From Squalus acanthias (taxonomy: Eukaryota), in the NCBI GenBank assembly GCA_030390025.1, contig JASTWF010000035.1:2480001-2544000 (forward strand): a stretch of 64,000 nt of DNA, read 5' to 3'. Positions within the stretch are counted from its first letter, which is position 1, and every line of letters begins with the position of its first letter. The position numbers were made by a program, and so were the translations under genes. Positions 61,083-64,000 of this stretch are shown piece by piece. The notes under the pieces were generated by a model. It was not told where the DNA came from, ran no database searches, and saw only the letters and a program-made list of their open reading frames with translations.

Positions 61083-62333
61083 CTGTCCCCTCATTAAATG
61101 ATCCCATTGTTGATCTACAGTTCCGTGTTTTTTTTTTATTTATTCGTTCATGGGATGTGGGCATCGCTGGCAAGGCCAGCATTTATTGCCCATCCCTACT
61201 TGCCCTTGCGAAGGTGGTAGTGAGCTACCTTCTTGAATCACTGCAGTCCCTGTGGTGATACTTCTTTGTAGCAGTTTGGTATGACTGAGTGGCTTGCTCG
61301 GCCATTCCAGAGGGCAGTTGAGAGTCAACCATATTGCTGTGGGCCTGGAGTCACATATAGGCCAGACCGGGTAAGGACGGCAGATTTCCTTCCCTAAAGG
61401 ACATTAGTGAACCAGATGGGTTTTGCATGAGGAAGGACCTGCACACATTTAAGGAATTCCATTCCCTTTTCTCTGTTTACTTTCTCGGTCGTATCACTAG
61501 TCTAAATTTCCCTGCAAATTTGCTCCTCTATCTCCTTCCCACTATTTACTGGGTATACACCCAGCAGCGGAATGGCTCCTCTATTGTTCCTTTATTCTAA
61601 CCAAAAAGATTGAAGGAGAAAAAATTGCAGGAATAGTGGGTGTAACTGGATAGCTCGATGGGCTGAATGGCCTCCTTCTGTGCTGTACGATTCTACGATT
61701 CTGTGATTCTGTCTTTGAACCCTCAAGTACATCAGTCCTGTCTAGTCCTGTAACAGGATCTTTGATTAATACTGCCACCCCCCTTTTTTTCCTTCCCTAT
61801 GGAGCATGTGTGACGTCCATTTTTCCTTCTATGTGCAGCATTTTACACTTGTCTGTATTAAATTTTGTCTGCCATTGTTCTGTCCATTGACATATCTCGT
61901 GCAACTCACTCTGTAGTTTCTCAGCTGATTCCACTGCCGCTCCTAGTTTGCGAGTTTCTGACCACTTTGTATTGAGCTTACAAACCAGGTAATTTTATGT
62001 CAATCAGAAAGAGCGGTGCTCCCAACACCAAGCTCTGGGGCACCTGACAGTACCACACCCCACCCTGACACAACTCCTCCAAAACACACTCATTCTTTTC
62101 TACCTTTCAGCCAGTTTTATTGTCACATTTTTTAAACATAGAATGAAAATGTTCCAACTGCCATGGTGGGATTTGAACTCATGTTCTCTGGATTATTAGT
62201 CCAGTAATAGAACGACAACATTTCTGTACCCTGGGTGGATTGGAAGGATTTAGGCCATTGCAGCAGATGGGGTGGAACAACAGGCTGGGTTGAGTAAATG
62301 CAATCAGACAGTAGACCCTGTCAGAATAATTAC

Positions 62334-62443
62334 CTGTGGCAGTACGGCTACACTCCGCTTCCGTTTCCCTGATAAAACATGTGGGACTACGAACTTGTAA
62401 TCCTTGAGTTCTTCAAAGAGCTTTTGCTGGCTAAATTGATCTC
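62334..62443 (-). CDS. ADAM-family metalloprotease, prodomain exon (probable exon 2): xDQFSQQKLFEELKDYKFVVPHVLSGKRKRSVAVLPQ
   Basis: 110-bp exon with acceptor tttttcaaacag and donor CAG|gtaatt; phase 1 in, phase 0 out. Has the YxxVxP motif and a basic RKRS site typical of the start of ADAM prodomains. Joins in frame to 35684-35760. Confidence 0.85.
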
Positions 62444-62540
62444 CTGTTTGAAAAACATGGGGAGATTTAATGGCATTTCGACAAAGATCAGCTCACAGTG
62501 TTTATGTTATTTGACAGGCTGCACAGTTACAGTCTGCAAT

Positions 62541-63035
62541 ACATAAGAACATAAGAAATAGGAGCAGGAGTTGGCCATTGGTCCCTTCGAGCCTGCTCCG
62601 CCATTCAATAATATCATGACTGATCTTTCACCTCATCTCCACTTTCCTGCGCTATCCCCATATCCCTTGATTCCCTGAATATTCAAAATCTATCGATCTC
62701 TGTCTTGAATATACTAAACGACTGAGCCTCCACAGCCCTCTCGGGTAGAGAATTCCAAAGATTCACCACCCTCTGAGTGAAGAAATTTCTCCTCATCTCA
62801 GTCGTAAATGGCCGACCCCTTATTCTGAGACTGTGACCCGTGGTTCTAGACTCTCCAGCCAGGGGAAACATCCTCCCGGCATCTACCCTGTCAAGCCCTG
62901 TAAGAATTTTGTATGATTCAATGAGATTTCCTCTCATTCTTCTAAACTTTAGAGAATATAGACCTAGTCTACTCAATCTCTCCTCATAGGACAATCCCCC
63001 CATCCCAGGAACCAATCTAGTGAACCTTCATTACT
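62541..63035 (-). mobile_element. CR1 3' fragment
   Basis: ORF 62683-63015 and (ataagaac)n tail. Confidence 0.9.
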
Positions 63036-63039
63036 GAGA

Positions 63040-63578
63040 TACCAATACTGGGCCCTCCCAGCTTCAGCAGGCCCAGCATTGGGCTCTCCCAGCACCAGGA
63101 GACCCCAGCACTGGGCCCTCCCAGCACCAGCACCAACACTGAGATCTCCCAGTTCCTGTAGGCCCCAGCACTGGACCCTCCCAGCACCAGCACCAATACT
63201 GAGATCTCCCAGCACTGGGATCTCCCAGCACCAGCAGACCCCAGCACTGGGATCTCAGCACCAGCAGGCCCCAGCACTGGGATCTCAGCACCAGCAGGCC
63301 CCAGCACTGGGATCTCAGCACCATCAGGCCCCAGCACTGGGCTTTGAGCACCATCAGGCCCCAGCACTGGGCTCTCCCAGCACCAGCAGGCCACAGCACT
63401 GGGCTCTCTCAGCACCAGCAGGCCCCAGCACTGGGCTCTCCCAGCACCAGCAGGCCACAGCACTGGGCTCTCCCAGCACCAGCAGGCCACAGCACTGGGC
63501 TCTCTCAGCACCAGCAGGCCACAGCACTGGGCTCTCTCAGCACCAGCAGTTCCCAGCACCAGCAGGCCACAGCACTGG
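63040..63578. repeat. GC-rich minisatellite, 30-33-bp unit
   Basis: Iterated cagcactggg(c/a)tct(c)(c/t)cagcaccagcaggcc(c/a). Confidence 0.92.
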
Positions 63579-63677
63579 AAACTCAGGTCTTTGAAGATAA
63601 GAATGGTGAAAGAGGGAAACCAGGGAATTATAGAGCAGTTTGCCTAATATTTGTTGTCGGGAAATTCCTAGAGTCTA

Positions 63678-64000
63678 TACCCTCCAAGTAATAAGTGACC
63701 TCCCTATTTTTCCTACCAAAATGTACTACCTCACAATTATCTGTGTTGAACTTCATTTGCCAATTATATGCCCATTCTGCAAGTTTATTAATGTCCTCCT
63801 GTAATTTGTTGCAGTCCTCCTCAGTATTGACTATCTCCCCCAATTTGGTGTCATCTGCAAATTTAGAAATTGTGTTTTTGATTCCTAAGTCTAAATCGTT
63901 AATGTAAATTGTGAACAGCAGTGGTCCCAGCACTGATCCTTGTGGAACACCACTACCCACCTTCTGCCACTGTGAACAGCTACCCTTTACTTCCACTCTC
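63678..64000 (-). mobile_element. CR1 RT fragment running off the window end
   Basis: [10 protein letters not shown] and FADD in ORF 63628-63996. Confidence 0.9.

Noticed and set aside
63017..63691. Repetitive protein ORFs or a CRISPR-like array
   Set aside because: Tandem minisatellite with no unique spacers, in a vertebrate context.

Overview
Eukaryotic, vertebrate DNA, most likely a cartilaginous fish (inferred from the CR1, Penelope and DeuSINE repeat complement). The window lies inside a minus-strand ADAM-family metalloprotease gene. Three short prodomain exons (62334-62443, 35684-35760, 8863-8941) splice in frame across two introns of about 26.6 kb. The introns are almost entirely nested transposable elements: many CR1 LINE fragments, a second CR1/L2-group LINE lineage ('LINE-B'), DeuSINE-like and tRNA SINEs, two Penelope-like families carrying minimal hammerhead ribozymes, a Gypsy relic, and ERV-like LTRs. 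DNA transposons are also present. The standout is an apparently intact autonomous PIF/Harbinger element (13114-17279), with a DDE transposase and a three-exon Myb/SANT partner gene, accompanied by two ~0.9-kb non-autonomous derivatives. A second, decayed Harbinger is inserted exactly at a hammerhead cleavage triplet. Most ORFs in the supplied track are TE fragments or antisense shadows. Boundaries without a stated target-site duplication (TSD) are approximate.
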